Shown here in pieces: positions 19,814 to 29,819 of a stretch of 64,000 nt of DNA. Below the pieces are notes generated by a model that was not told where the DNA came from, did no database searches, and saw only the letters and a list, made by a program, of their open reading frames with translations. This DNA is from an uncultured bacterium (GTDB lineage: Bacteria > Cyanobacteriota > Cyanobacteriia > Cyanobacteriales > Microcystaceae). The translations under genes and the position numbers were made by a program. How positions within the stretch are numbered: position 1 is the stretch's first letter; each line of letters opens with the position of its first letter. The stretch is from the NCBI GenBank assembly GCA_964623815.1, contig CAZUVR010000002.1:48576-112575 (forward strand), written 5' to 3'.

Positions 19814-22800
19814 TTATGGACAATCGGTAGCGTTAGTATCGAGCCTCTGGCCAGCGACGCGGGCACAACGTAGTTGTCGGATATAGGGGTCATCCGCCTG
19901 TAATTGTTTGTAAAATTCGTTCCGGGGGGTGCCTACGGAGATGAAACGTTTGGCGATCGGTCCGGGGGGGATGTATTGCAAGGCCACGTCATAACCCCAG
20001 AGTCGGTTAGGTGCCGAGTAGTAGGGCAAGTTTTCCCCCGCTGCCGGATTCTGTCCCGGTTCCCAGGCTTCGTGATCGAAAGGAGCCGTTGCGTAAGTGG
20101 TAAAGTTTAACTGTACGAAAGCTCCGGATATAAATAGGTTATCTCCGTTCCAATCCTCGATAAAGCGGGGGAAATTATGGAAGCCCCCGTAGGATTGGAA
20201 CCGGCGGGAGGGAATCAGGGCGTTAATGAATATGGCATTCATTCGAGTCTCTGCCGCGCCGTTCCTGACTTTTGCGTCGCCGAGAGCGCGATAGGTAGTA
20301 AAGGCCGAGAAGTTCGGTAATGGTGTCGCTGTCGTATTTCTGCCTCTGATCACCGCATTGCGATCGATCATGATTGGTGAAGTCGTATCTACCCCGAGAG
20401 CGTTAGTCAATGTATTCTCCCTTCGCCACTCCCAGGTAGAGGCGATAGTTGATGAAGTTAAGGTGCTATTGCGGTAGGAGGAATTTCTCCCGCTAGGACA
20501 AGCTCCCACGCCGGTACCGGTGTTGTCGGTATTTTGAATTCCGTCCAGTGCCGTCCCGTCGCAGAAATTGGGTGATAATACGGTGAGTGCGTCTCCCAGT
20601 ATTTCTACCGCCCGCCAGCGATCGAAAGCGGGGTTAGCAAAACTCGTACTTAATGTGGTACGGTTATTAAAGTTTGACCAATTGTTGGTTAGAAGCTGAG
20701 TGAACTCTTCTAAACGATTACCGCCGCTATCCTGGTGCAGGTTAAGATTACCTTGAATGTATATCGGATTATCGCTGATGAAGGACATACCCGACTGTAG
20801 GGGATTGGGACGGCTGACATCAGACCCATTTTTTAGCCTGAAGCCGAAGGGTTTACGCTCCGGATCGGGGTAATAGTCCACAGGCTTTGTACTAATACCA
20901 GTACTGCTGTTGACTGGAGGATCTTGGGGGGCGGCTGGATTAGTATTCATCCGACAGTTGGCGGAGGAGATTTCACTATCCTCATTACAGTTGTTATAGG
21001 TTTGGGCAGAGGGGCGAATGATCGCGTCTTCTCGCACCGCGTCTTCTCGGAAAGCATAGACGACACCACTGTTAGGGAGCCAGAAATCAGAGCTACTATT
21101 GCCTGCGATCGGCGCTCTATTACTGCGTAACAGGTTTAAGTCTATATCCATAGTCCTGACCTGCATCAATTGTCGCCCATCGTAGAAAGCCTTATCCTGT
21201 AGAGCTAAATATACGCTGGTTCCGTTATCGATGATTCTCGAACCCGATCCGGTATCGCTACTACTTGTGGGCAGTCGCCACTGGCTTCTCGGGCGAGGTT
21301 GGAAGGCTAAAAGCTCAAAAGGATTTTCGGTGCGGTTTTCTATCCCGTCATCGATGAAGACGGTTCTGTAAACTATACCGTTATTAACATCGAAGGAGGT
21401 ATTGGTGAGAGGATCATTATCAAAGATATAGTTACCAGCCAGAGGATTAACGCCGACTACATTAATAGCCGGTGGCGTGGGATTGAGATACTCTTCCGCT
21501 ACCACGGGGCGGGAAGCCACGCTGGAATCGTTGATGATCGGTTGGGCGTAGATACTGCTATTAGCTTCAGAGAAAGTTACGAAGTTAGCCGCGTTGCCAA
21601 GGAGACTATATCTCGAATCTGTATTGTTGGCAATTTTAACATTCGATTCCGGAGTCAATAACCAGGGGAGGCGGCGATAGTCGCTAACGGGTACTGTACC
21701 GAAATTATTGAAGGGTGAGTTACTCCCATCGCTTATTACTATGAGACGAGTTTGGAAGTGATTGTATTTGGGGAATAGATAATACAGAGTCGGATACTTG
21801 GGCTTATCCGTACAGAGAGCTACACTCAGTGCAACCGCAGGGTTTAAAGCCGATTGCGGCACTGGTACGGTGGCGGTAGCCGTAAAATTAGTCGGGTTGG
21901 GATCTGCCGGCCAGGAGGAGATACCGTTAGAGAACATCAGCGGATCGCAGGTGGTGATGAAAGTTGCCACCGATGATAGTTCGCCTGCTGTAATTTGACC
22001 TCGTTGCGTCCCATTATAAGACCAAGTTATAGGGGCGCTCGATACGTTAGTTCTATTACCAGTCGTTGCAGATTGACCAGCATATTGCCCGTTAGTTGGT
22101 GTTTTCAGAAAGTTGCCATTGGAAGCATTGCGGATTTGAATCGAGGGCCACAAATCGGTTTTGAAACCGTAGAGACGATCGCGTTCTATCTGAATTAGAA
22201 GAGCGATCATTTGCGCTCGCTGTACCAGACGGGCTTTTTGAGCTGCGTTAGTTAAGGTAGTATCGTTTTGAATCGCTTGAATATATTGTTCTGGCGTAAA
22301 TTGAGCGTAGAAGTTCGCTGCCGTTTGTGTGGTGGGGGTGCGATTGGGGAACGAGAAGGGCACGTAGCCGCTGATCGTAGTCGTTGAAATCGTGGAAGAG
22401 GGGGCAGCAGGCGTGTACACTGCGGTGTTATTAGATACGGAGCCGCTCATGGTATTACGAGTGTAATTGCTGGTGGGTATAGTAGCAATTTCTGGATTGG
22501 ATGAGTTCTGAACTCCGTCCATCAATCTCCACAATTCTTCACCGAGAGCTTGAATACCGGCACCTCCGCCAGCTAATGTGGCGGTATCTGCTACGGCGGC
22601 ATTATAAACATCCTGAGCATTTTTAACCGTGTAGGCCAGTAACCCGATATTTGCCGCCGCTGTTTGGATGGTGGTGCGATCGGCTATACTCAGGTTGTAA
22701 TATTCGCCACTTGAAGAGCTGTTACCCAAGCCGCCTAGAGCGCGTCTGAGGTTGGAGAAATTGCCCCACATAGTTAAGAGAGGGTAGGGGTGGACGATCG

Positions 22801-25090
22801 TTCCGGAGGGTTCTTGTATCGGGGGGAACGCGCCATCAGGATCACCAGCCATTTGGGCTAGATTGCTGAGAACCTGTCTCCAGGGATCTAAAATCTGATC
22901 GACTAAAGATTCAAAGCCATCCTGGGTGGTTACTTCCGTAGGAGTGGAGGGATTAGTAATATTATCCATAAATCTAAACTCCCAGCCATTAGTCCCCAAG
23001 CCGTTGAAAAAGTCGATATTGGGTACACCTCCAGGAAAATCGGTGCTGGTTACGTCGTTCAGCGGGCTAAAGGTGATCGAGTTAGTCAGAGTCGTCGGAT
23101 TAGCGTTATGAACTGTAGAAGCCAGAATCACGGACGGGAAATCTGGCCCGTAGTTGGGAGTGGCCGTATCTACCTCCCAGTGATATACCAAGGTTGCCTG
23201 TACCGCTGGTATATTATCCCGTAAACTCTTCCTCTGGCGATCGAGATTGGCGATGTTGCTATTGATGGGATATAAAGGTTCACCGACAGAGATCGGGAAA
23301 GCTGGTCTGGCGGTAGAATAAGATCCCAGCCAGCCATTATCGTTACCAAGTTCCAAGCGTTGACCCACGATGATACGCAATCCCTCGGCCCTGGCCCGTC
23401 TTTCCCAATAACCGTCTAATCCCGCCCAAGAATCCTCATCGGGTTGGTTATCTCCAGGGTTATATCCGCTTGGCGGGTCTTCTTGCACCAGTGCGTCTGT
23501 CGTGGCTGGTATCAATTGACCGAAAGAACTGGCTGAGGCGACGGAATACACGCTGTTATACACAGGTTTGGGGCCCCAACGATTATCGGCTCGATAGGTA
23601 TCGTCTACGTAGGGGCGGGGGATATTTTTGTCTAACATCCTCACCGACAATTTATTAGTATTGCCATAGCTCGCTGCCCAGTTGGGATCTCTAAAACTGG
23701 CATTAGTAGAATCGGTACTGGAACGCGAGCGGGATATGTCCTGAGTGAACAGGGCGATCGGATCTAAACTAAATTCATACGGGCTACCTGTTTGTGCTGA
23801 ATCGATTACGGAGTCGGTATTCACGCTCAAGGTCAGAGGAGCGCTCGGAGTATTACCCGGGCCTGGAAATAAGGTTATGTTAGATGTGCCGGCGAAATTA
23901 TCGGGAGTGGGGTTAGCGTTGATCACTTGCCCCTGAAAAGTCACCTGGCCGCTTAAGTTCTGGTTTTGAGCTAGGGTGATTTCCGAACTGTCTTGAGTGT
24001 ATAAACAGGAACTCGGCGAACTGATCAGGAAAATATTGATACTATTGCCCCCGGCAGTTTGACCCCACATGATATTACCGTCGGTGTGCATCGCTCCATT
24101 CCATCGGAAGGTAGGGCCTGGATAGGCTTCTAAGTCATAACGGAACCATACCCCCCATTTATTACCCCGATCGAGCTGTCGATCCTGTTGGAACTCCAAC
24201 GCCGTCACGCTGCGGTTATCTGTGCGGCGGTTGATAACTACTGCGTTGACTTGAAAGTTTTTCCGCACCGTTGCGGTGTTGATCGGTTGCCAACCCGCCC
24301 CTAAACTAGCCGCTGATTGCTGAATCGTGTTACAAACGCTATTGCTGGTACTGATAATACTTAAAGGCCCGGTGCGGGTAACTAAATTGTTAGATTTCTG
24401 CGTGTCCGTACTATTTAAGGTTATTTGGTTCCCCTGCGCGTCTGTGGCCGAGTTCTTAATTATTAGAGAATAGGCGATCGCTTCCGTTACTCCGTCTCCG
24501 TCTATATCAGCGGTGTACGCCCAGGCGTTATCTACCACGTTGTCGCCCGTAATATCTATTCTTGTTTCCCCTGGTAAGGTGTAGGGATCTGCGTAGGCCC
24601 CAGCATCCTGATAGGGTTGGGGCCAACCCACCGGAGGAGATTGTCGGTTGAGGATGAATTGTTCTATCCTCGAATCGTTCGGTACACCGCTCGGGAAACG
24701 ATAATCCCGTTTGAAGAAAAATTCTATTTTGGTTTTCGCCCTCTCTATCGCCGGGTTAGCGTTATTGCTCGTTAATTGTATCTGGCGGTTTCCCGATGCC
24801 TGTTGGGTTTGTTGGGAAGTTCTGAGGAGGATCGAACCTACCACCAAACTGAACACTAACAGTACCATCATAATCGTCGGGATCACAAAACCGCCTGCTT
24901 TAGCCTGTCTGGCTCTTGTCCTCTTCCATCGCGGCAGCACCTCATAATAACTAATTTCAGGGATTTTAGTCCTTTTCTGAATCCCGAAACCTCTGAATAG
25001 TTTTTTTATGGGTTTGAATAGGCGATTGTTGGCATTTCTGACAATATTCCTCAGATGCAGAACGAGTTTTTTGAACGAGCGAATTAACAT
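19814..25090 (-). CDS. very large secreted/surface protein (HpsA-like), first gene of a pseudopilin operon
   Basis: 1758-aa ORF with a basic N-terminus and one hydrophobic segment (GGFVIPTIMMVLLVFSLVVGSILL). The rest is extremely Ser/Thr/Asn/Gly/Pro-rich. It sits directly upstream of three prepilin-like genes on the same strand. Confidence 0.7.
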   Translation of the reverse strand: MLIRSFKKLVLHLRNIVRNANNRLFKPIKKLFRGFGIQKRTKIPEISYYEVLPRWKRTRARQAKAGGFVIPTIMMVLLVFSLVVGSILLRTSQQTQQASGNRQIQLTSNNANPAIERAKTKIEFFFKRDYRFPSGVPNDSRIEQFILNRQSPPVGWPQPYQDAGAYADPYTLPGETRIDITGDNVVDNAWAYTADIDGDGVTEAIAYSLIIKNSATDAQGNQITLNSTDTQKSNNLVTRTGPLSIISTSNSVCNTIQQSAASLGAGWQPINTATVRKNFQVNAVVINRRTDNRSVTALEFQQDRQLDRGNKWGVWFRYDLEAYPGPTFRWNGAMHTDGNIMWGQTAGGNSINIFLISSPSSCLYTQDSSEITLAQNQNLSGQVTFQGQVINANPTPDNFAGTSNITLFPGPGNTPSAPLTLSVNTDSVIDSAQTGSPYEFSLDPIALFTQDISRSRSSTDSTNASFRDPNWAASYGNTNKLSVRMLDKNIPRPYVDDTYRADNRWGPKPVYNSVYSVASASSFGQLIPATTDALVQEDPPSGYNPGDNQPDEDSWAGLDGYWERRARAEGLRIIVGQRLELGNDNGWLGSYSTARPAFPISVGEPLYPINSNIANLDRQRKSLRDNIPAVQATLVYHWEVDTATPNYGPDFPSVILASTVHNANPTTLTNSITFSPLNDVTSTDFPGGVPNIDFFNGLGTNGWEFRFMDNITNPSTPTEVTTQDGFESLVDQILDPWRQVLSNLAQMAGDPDGAFPPIQEPSGTIVHPYPLLTMWGNFSNLRRALGGLGNSSSSGEYYNLSIADRTTIQTAAANIGLLAYTVKNAQDVYNAAVADTATLAGGGAGIQALGEELWRLMDGVQNSSNPEIATIPTSNYTRNTMSGSVSNNTAVYTPAAPSSTISTTTISGYVPFSFPNRTPTTQTAANFYAQFTPEQYIQAIQNDTTLTNAAQKARLVQRAQMIALLIQIERDRLYGFKTDLWPSIQIRNASNGNFLKTPTNGQYAGQSATTGNRTNVSSAPITWSYNGTQRGQITAGELSSVATFITTCDPLMFSNGISSWPADPNPTNFTATATVPVPQSALNPAVALSVALCTDKPKYPTLYYLFPKYNHFQTRLIVISDGSNSPFNNFGTVPVSDYRRLPWLLTPESNVKIANNTDSRYSLLGNAANFVTFSEANSSIYAQPIINDSSVASRPVVAEEYLNPTPPAINVVGVNPLAGNYIFDNDPLTNTSFDVNNGIVYRTVFIDDGIENRTENPFELLAFQPRPRSQWRLPTSSSDTGSGSRIIDNGTSVYLALQDKAFYDGRQLMQVRTMDIDLNLLRSNRAPIAGNSSSDFWLPNSGVVYAFREDAVREDAIIRPSAQTYNNCNEDSEISSANCRMNTNPAAPQDPPVNSSTGISTKPVDYYPDPERKPFGFRLKNGSDVSRPNPLQSGMSFISDNPIYIQGNLNLHQDSGGNRLEEFTQLLTNNWSNFNNRTTLSTSFANPAFDRWRAVEILGDALTVLSPNFCDGTALDGIQNTDNTGTGVGACPSGRNSSYRNSTLTSSTIASTWEWRRENTLTNALGVDTTSPIMIDRNAVIRGRNTTATPLPNFSAFTTYRALGDAKVRNGAAETRMNAIFINALIPSRRFQSYGGFHNFPRFIEDWNGDNLFISGAFVQLNFTTYATAPFDHEAWEPGQNPAAGENLPYYSAPNRLWGYDVALQYIPPGPIAKRFISVGTPRNEFYKQLQADDPYIRQLRCARVAGQRLDTNATDCP

Positions 25091-25366
25091 AGCGGCTTAT
25101 TTTTATTTGACGGATTGAATGGGTTTTTCCGGGTCGCGGTCACACCTGCACACAAACGTTATACTTCGAGTATTCCCCTCAAAAGTAAAAAAGTTAAACC
25201 TGACCGTATTTATTTTTTTAAAGTCTCGAAGACAATTTTTTAATCGAGCAAAGTTCCTATTAACCTAAGATATGTATATTTATCTCTTTCTGGCTGTGAT
25301 CCCGATCACTGAAACCGGTGATAATTATCAATATATAGGGAAGAGAAGCCCTATCTCACAATATTT

Positions 25367-27262
25367 ATGATTATTAACACCGAGTCTTATCACCGTCCTA
25401 AATGGTGGCGGGCGATGAAGCCTTTGCCTATCTTGCCCATATTGGCGATGCTCGCTGCAACTGGTCTGGCTTTATCTTGGTCTGTCCAACTCGTAATGCT
25501 AGGGGCTTTAGGCATTTACAACGCCTTCCTATCCTGGGTGCAAACTTTGACACCCAGAGAAATTACTATCTATCATCAATTCCCCTGGCAGTACATCTGG
25601 ATTATTTCCGTCTACATCTGGCTACTTTCTCCCCTATTGCTAGATGGATTACTGAAAACCTATTACGGCCTCGAACCTTTAAAATTTGAGGATTTAGGGG
25701 AGCGATACCCGGAATCCCTAACCCTCTGGCAAAAGTTCTCTACCAAGCACCGGATCATTCGCCCTAAGTTTAAAGTATTATCTACCGATCTACCGATCGC
25801 TCTCTCTTACGGCAGCACCCCCCGCACGGGCACCCTGGTAGTCAGTACCGGCCTATTACAGTTACTGACTGACGAAGAATTAGCCACTGTCATCGCCGCC
25901 GAATTGGGGAAAATAGTTAACATAAGCTGTTTTTGCTTTTCCGGCGCGGTGGCGCTATTACAACTGCCCTATTTTTTATACTGGCGGCTCAGTAGATGGG
26001 GAGATAAACAAAAGTTCCCCTATCCCCTCGCTATCATCGCCGCTCTTTTCTGGTTTATCTATCGGTTATGGCGTTTACCCATACTGTGGCTCTCGCGCAT
26101 GAGAATTTATTATAGCGATCGCTATGCCGTAGAATTAACCGGCAATCCTAACGCTTACGGGGGGGCACTATTAAAAATTGCTCTCGGCATAAAAGAAGCA
26201 ACTATCGAGCTGGGCTATTTACATCCCTTACTAGAAAGTTTTGACCTTACCCTACCTCTCTCTCCTGCACAAGCTCTGGCGATTAACCCATCTTTATCGA
26301 GTGTACCGGCGGGAGATTGTAATCATATCTCCCGTTTTACCCGATCGCTGATGTTTAGCCATCCCCCCCTGGGTGAGAGATTGTACATCCTCGGCAAGTG
26401 CGCCGAATTCTGGCGGGTTAGCCCCGGGTTTAGCCTGCCGGAACGATCGTCTTTTAACCTGTGGGGCGCTTACCTTGATTTACCTCTATTACCTCAAGCG
26501 ATTGTTACCGCAGTAATCGGCGGCACTATTTTACGTTGTCTGTTCTGGTTAGTGGGTTTTATCAGCCTCAGAAACGGCTTTCAACCTTTGATGTGGATGG
26601 CAAACTATCCCATATTAAGGTATTGGCTGGGCTGGATAATTATCGGGGTTATTCTCTCAGTCGTCTGGGTGGTAAGGGGGCGCTTTCCTTCTGTATTTAT
26701 CTGGGTAGTTTTCCTTAAATTGATATGGGACAATTTAAACCGATATAATTTAGGGTTCCTTTTCTGGCTATTCATCGACGATCCCTTATTATTTCCCTGG
26801 ATCTTAACCGTACTTAGTTTTGCCATCATCGTCGGCCTGAATCGCTATTTCCCGAGGGTAGGGGGAGAACAGTCCCCATTGAATGAGTTATTAGCGGAGA
26901 GCGCGAACCGAAAAACTACCTCGATCGTCCTGGAGGGCAAGTTATTAGGTCGTAGGGGTATTAGTAATTGGTTGGCTCAAGATTTAAGATTACATACGGA
27001 TAGGGGTTCGATCGAGCTTAAATATTCCACGGCTTGTGGCCCTTTAGGCAATCTCTTCTCCTTTTTCCCGAAACCCTGCGAATTTACGGGTAAAAAAGTC
27101 ATCGTCAGGGGCTGGTTACGCCATTCTATTTATCCTTGGATGGATGTAGATACTATTACCGTTGAGGGGGGCCGGAGTCTCAAGAGTAACTATCGGGTTT
27201 TCCTTTTGATATTAGCTTTCGGCTCTGTCATCTGGTCTGCTTATAAAATCTATAAACTTTGA
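25367..27262 (+). CDS. M48 (HtpX/Ste24)-like membrane protein with degenerate zinc site, fused to a C-terminal polytopic domain
   Basis: 631 aa. The M48 landmarks YSDRYAVELTG and the C-terminal FSHPPLGERL are present, but the HExxH position reads AAELGK, so both His ligands are absent. The C-terminal ~290 aa add further TM helices. Confidence 0.55.
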   Translation: MIINTESYHRPKWWRAMKPLPILPILAMLAATGLALSWSVQLVMLGALGIYNAFLSWVQTLTPREITIYHQFPWQYIWIISVYIWLLSPLLLDGLLKTYYGLEPLKFEDLGERYPESLTLWQKFSTKHRIIRPKFKVLSTDLPIALSYGSTPRTGTLVVSTGLLQLLTDEELATVIAAELGKIVNISCFCFSGAVALLQLPYFLYWRLSRWGDKQKFPYPLAIIAALFWFIYRLWRLPILWLSRMRIYYSDRYAVELTGNPNAYGGALLKIALGIKEATIELGYLHPLLESFDLTLPLSPAQALAINPSLSSVPAGDCNHISRFTRSLMFSHPPLGERLYILGKCAEFWRVSPGFSLPERSSFNLWGAYLDLPLLPQAIVTAVIGGTILRCLFWLVGFISLRNGFQPLMWMANYPILRYWLGWIIIGVILSVVWVVRGRFPSVFIWVVFLKLIWDNLNRYNLGFLFWLFIDDPLLFPWILTVLSFAIIVGLNRYFPRVGGEQSPLNELLAESANRKTTSIVLEGKLLGRRGISNWLAQDLRLHTDRGSIELKYSTACGPLGNLFSFFPKPCEFTGKKVIVRGWLRHSIYPWMDVDTITVEGGRSLKSNYRVFLLILAFGSVIWSAYKIYKL

Positions 27263-27399
27263 GGACAGTAACGGTAGAGAATATTAAGCTATGTTGAGAA
27301 ATGTTTAATGTTGATCACGGAGTATTCACCACTGATAAGCTTTTATGATAATTTCTATGAGAGTTAATCAACATTTTACCCATTACTAAGGAGGACACC

Positions 27400-27600
27400 T
27401 TGAGTTTACATACCTCTAATGCCCACACCCCCTCACATCGTGAAGACATCCGCGAGTATGTAGCTCAATTACAGCTTCACATGGCTTTACAAGCTAGAAA
27501 TCTAGTTCCCAGCTTGAGTGATGCCCCCGATAGCAGGGAAAAACTTTTACAAGATACCCAAGCGATTATCGAGAAAGCTGTATCGAGAAGTCTACACTAA
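27400..27600 (+). CDS. hypothetical small protein
   Basis: 66-aa ORF with TTG start 7 nt after a strong AAGGAGG Shine-Dalgarno. It sits in a gene-free gap, convergent with the DoxX gene. Confidence 0.4.
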   Translation: MSLHTSNAHTPSHREDIREYVAQLQLHMALQARNLVPSLSDAPDSREKLLQDTQAIIEKAVSRSLH

Positions 27601-27995
27601 GCCCGATCGACCGGAAGAGTGTATACTTTTCTGTTATCTAAACTCCACAATCCAGGGCCGAAACTCACCAGCATTAATAAGCCTCCCATCAAGCCTAAGT
27701 TTTTTAAGAAAGGAATTTCACCATCGGGGAAATTCGTATGAAAGATTAAGGTGGTGGGAATCAAAAAGCCTATCAGTAACCAGGCACCTATTCGGGTTTT
27801 AAAACCCAGTAGTACCGCCAATCCTCCCGCCACTAAAACGATGATGGTAGGGATGATCAATAGGTTGGGAAATGGTACGCCCTTACTCGCCATGTAGCCG
27901 ATCGTCGAGTTAGGGTCGATGATTTTATCGATGCCAGCTTTGATAAAAATAGCCGAGAGGAAAATCCTCGCCAATAAAGGGGTAAGTTTATCCAT
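27597..27995 (-). CDS. DoxX family membrane protein
   Basis: 132 aa. [19 protein letters not shown] is the DoxX N-terminal motif, and the protein has 3-4 TM helices. Confidence 0.75.
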   Translation of the reverse strand: MDKLTPLLARIFLSAIFIKAGIDKIIDPNSTIGYMASKGVPFPNLLIIPTIIVLVAGGLAVLLGFKTRIGAWLLIGFLIPTTLIFHTNFPDGEIPFLKNLGLMGGLLMLVSFGPGLWSLDNRKVYTLPVDRA

Positions 27996-28788
27996 CGCTC
28001 AAAGATTGTTTTAGGGATTTGCAGAACTCTGCGATCGATCTTAAACCATCTTCGGGAGTTCCTTCAGCAAGACGCTTCACCATAGCACTGCCGACGATTA
28101 CCCCATCCGCGCCCCATTCTCTCATCTGGCGGGCTTGGAGGGGATCGGAAACGCCAAAACCCACGCCGATAGGTTTATCGGTGACACTCCGTAATTGCCC
28201 CAGTAACTCTTGAACCCGATTACCTATCTGGCTCCTCATTCCAGTCACGCCAGTGACGCTGACGAGATAGATAAAGCCCTGGGATTGTTGAGCGATCGTT
28301 TGTAAACGCTCGACGGGGGTAGTAGGAGCGACGAGCAGGGTGACTTCTATTCCCGCCTCTGTTGCTGGTTTAAGTAAGCTTTCCGCTTCTTCGAGAGGTA
28401 AATCTGGTACTACCAGCCCCTTTACCCCTGCCGTGCTGATTTGCTCTAAAAAAGAAGGGATTCCCCGATAGTGGATCGGATTGAAGTAGGTAAAGAGAAT
28501 AATTGGTGCTTTTATATCTTGGGTGACATCCTTAACTAGGTCTAAAACCCCATCGAGGGTGACACCGCGACTGAGGGCGCGGGTGGCGGCTGCTTGAATT
28601 ACCGGGCCGTCGGCAAGGGGATCGGAATAGGGTACGCCTAGTTCTATCATATCGGCACCCGATCGATCTAATTCCCGTAAGGCTTGCGCTGTAGTGTTTA
28701 AATCCGGATCACCTGCAGTGATGAATGGGATCAGGGCGCATTGCCCCTTTTGGCGCAGGGATTGAAAACATTGAGAAACTGAGAGCAT
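27988..28788 (-). CDS. trpA: tryptophan synthase alpha subunit
   Basis: 266 aa. [28 protein letters not shown] and GFGVS match TrpA. Confidence 0.9.
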   Translation of the reverse strand: MLSVSQCFQSLRQKGQCALIPFITAGDPDLNTTAQALRELDRSGADMIELGVPYSDPLADGPVIQAAATRALSRGVTLDGVLDLVKDVTQDIKAPIILFTYFNPIHYRGIPSFLEQISTAGVKGLVVPDLPLEEAESLLKPATEAGIEVTLLVAPTTPVERLQTIAQQSQGFIYLVSVTGVTGMRSQIGNRVQELLGQLRSVTDKPIGVGFGVSDPLQARQMREWGADGVIVGSAMVKRLAEGTPEDGLRSIAEFCKSLKQSLSDG

Positions 28789-28823
28789 CGATCGTTCACC
28801 AATAGGACGGAAAGATTATTATC

Positions 28824-29129
28824 TCATTTCTGTTTCTCTTGTTCAATTTCCGCTTGCAGAGCGGCTAACTCTTCGGGGCTTAATTCTTCTAATCTTTTCT
28901 GTAGAACGGCTTCTTCGTAATCTTTTACCTGTTGGCTGTAGGTCATGTTCTGGGTGGCGACTCGAAACAGATATGTTAAAACCCAGGCGATGACTACCCC
29001 GACTAAAATCGCCTGACTCCAGATGCCGGCAGTAATCCCATCGAGTCCCGTACTTTGTAGGACTAGATAGAGGATACCGCCAGCGGCGAAGATACCGATA
29101 CCGATCGCTATAACGTCAAGACGGCGCAT
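28824..29129 (-). CDS. DUF3007 family protein (cyanobacterial small membrane protein)
   Basis: 101 aa with N-terminal TM helices and a C-terminal KDYEEAVLQKRLEELSPEE tail, as seen in DUF3007 proteins. Confidence 0.6.
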   Translation of the reverse strand: MRRLDVIAIGIGIFAAGGILYLVLQSTGLDGITAGIWSQAILVGVVIAWVLTYLFRVATQNMTYSQQVKDYEEAVLQKRLEELSPEELAALQAEIEQEKQK

Positions 29130-29132
29130 AAA

Positions 29133-29372
29133 TTAGGTTTTGATAGTACGACGGGCGGGACGGAAATTGAGGAAAGGGCTGAGTAACAACATTCCAGGGA
29201 AGAAGAAGGACATGAGAAAATACATGAAGCCTCTTTCAAAGGAACTGGCTACGTACCATCTGGTGTTCAGGTAGAAGTAAACTGCAGCCGGAATGATCAA
29301 TAAGTAGAGAACGCTCAAAACTAGATATAACAGAGCTACCGATAGGGAGGGGTTGGCTAAAATTGATTGCAT
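29133..29372 (-). CDS. ndhL: NAD(P)H-quinone oxidoreductase subunit L
   Basis: 79 aa with two TM helices. [23 protein letters not shown] and the genomic position next to DUF3007 and trpA fit cyanobacterial NdhL. Confidence 0.6.
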   Translation of the reverse strand: MQSILANPSLSVALLYLVLSVLYLLIIPAAVYFYLNTRWYVASSFERGFMYFLMSFFFPGMLLLSPFLNFRPARRTIKT

Positions 29373-29566
29373 AAAACAATATTTTTGTCAATAGTTACGG
29401 AATATTTAGCGGTTACTTCAATCCTTTTTATTTTACCCCCTGCTTGGCTTTTTACCGCTATAGGAGGTGCATTGAAAAAATTAATTTTGATCATTTAAAG
29501 ATAAACCCCTTGCGCTTGAAAATATTTGTGCTACAATTAGAAATTGTCGGTTAAAAACGACATAAC

Positions 29567-29652
29567 GGGGGTGTGGCGGAATGGTAGACGCTGCGGACTT
29601 AAAATCCGTTGGGCCTTATAAGCCCGTAAGAGTTCAAGTCTCTTCACCCCCA
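29567..29652 (+). tRNA. tRNA-Leu (anticodon UAA), intronless
   Basis: The cloverleaf was folded by hand. The acceptor is GGGGGTG/CACCCCC with discriminator A. The anticodon loop cuUAAaa is flanked by the gcgga/tccgt stem. A long variable arm (tgggccttataagcccg) marks a type II tRNA. The T-loop is TTCAAGT. CCA is not encoded. Confidence 0.9.
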
Positions 29653-29768
29653 TAATTTTTGAAGTCAGTCAGATTACTCCTAACTTTGCCGTACCGATAG
29701 GGGCTTAAAAATATCTGTAATATTTTCTTGCAACAGCTCGCAAACTGTTTAAATCGATCTATACAACC

Positions 29769-29800
29769 ATTATCAATAGTAGGATAATTATTGATAATAT
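29769..29800. promoter_or_regulatory. putative Fur box upstream of feoA
   Basis: attatcaata...tattgataat is a 10-bp perfect inverted repeat, and gataattattgataat resembles the GATAATGATAATCATTATC Fur consensus. It lies 20-50 nt upstream of the FeoA start. Confidence 0.5.
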
Positions 29801-29819
29801 CTTTCAATTAGCTTGGATC

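Noticed and set aside
19904-24947. Eight antisense ORFs of 61-95 aa inside the 1758-aa gene
   Set aside because: All are fully embedded in a long, coherent opposite-strand ORF with a consistent low-complexity protein. They are typical shadow ORFs.
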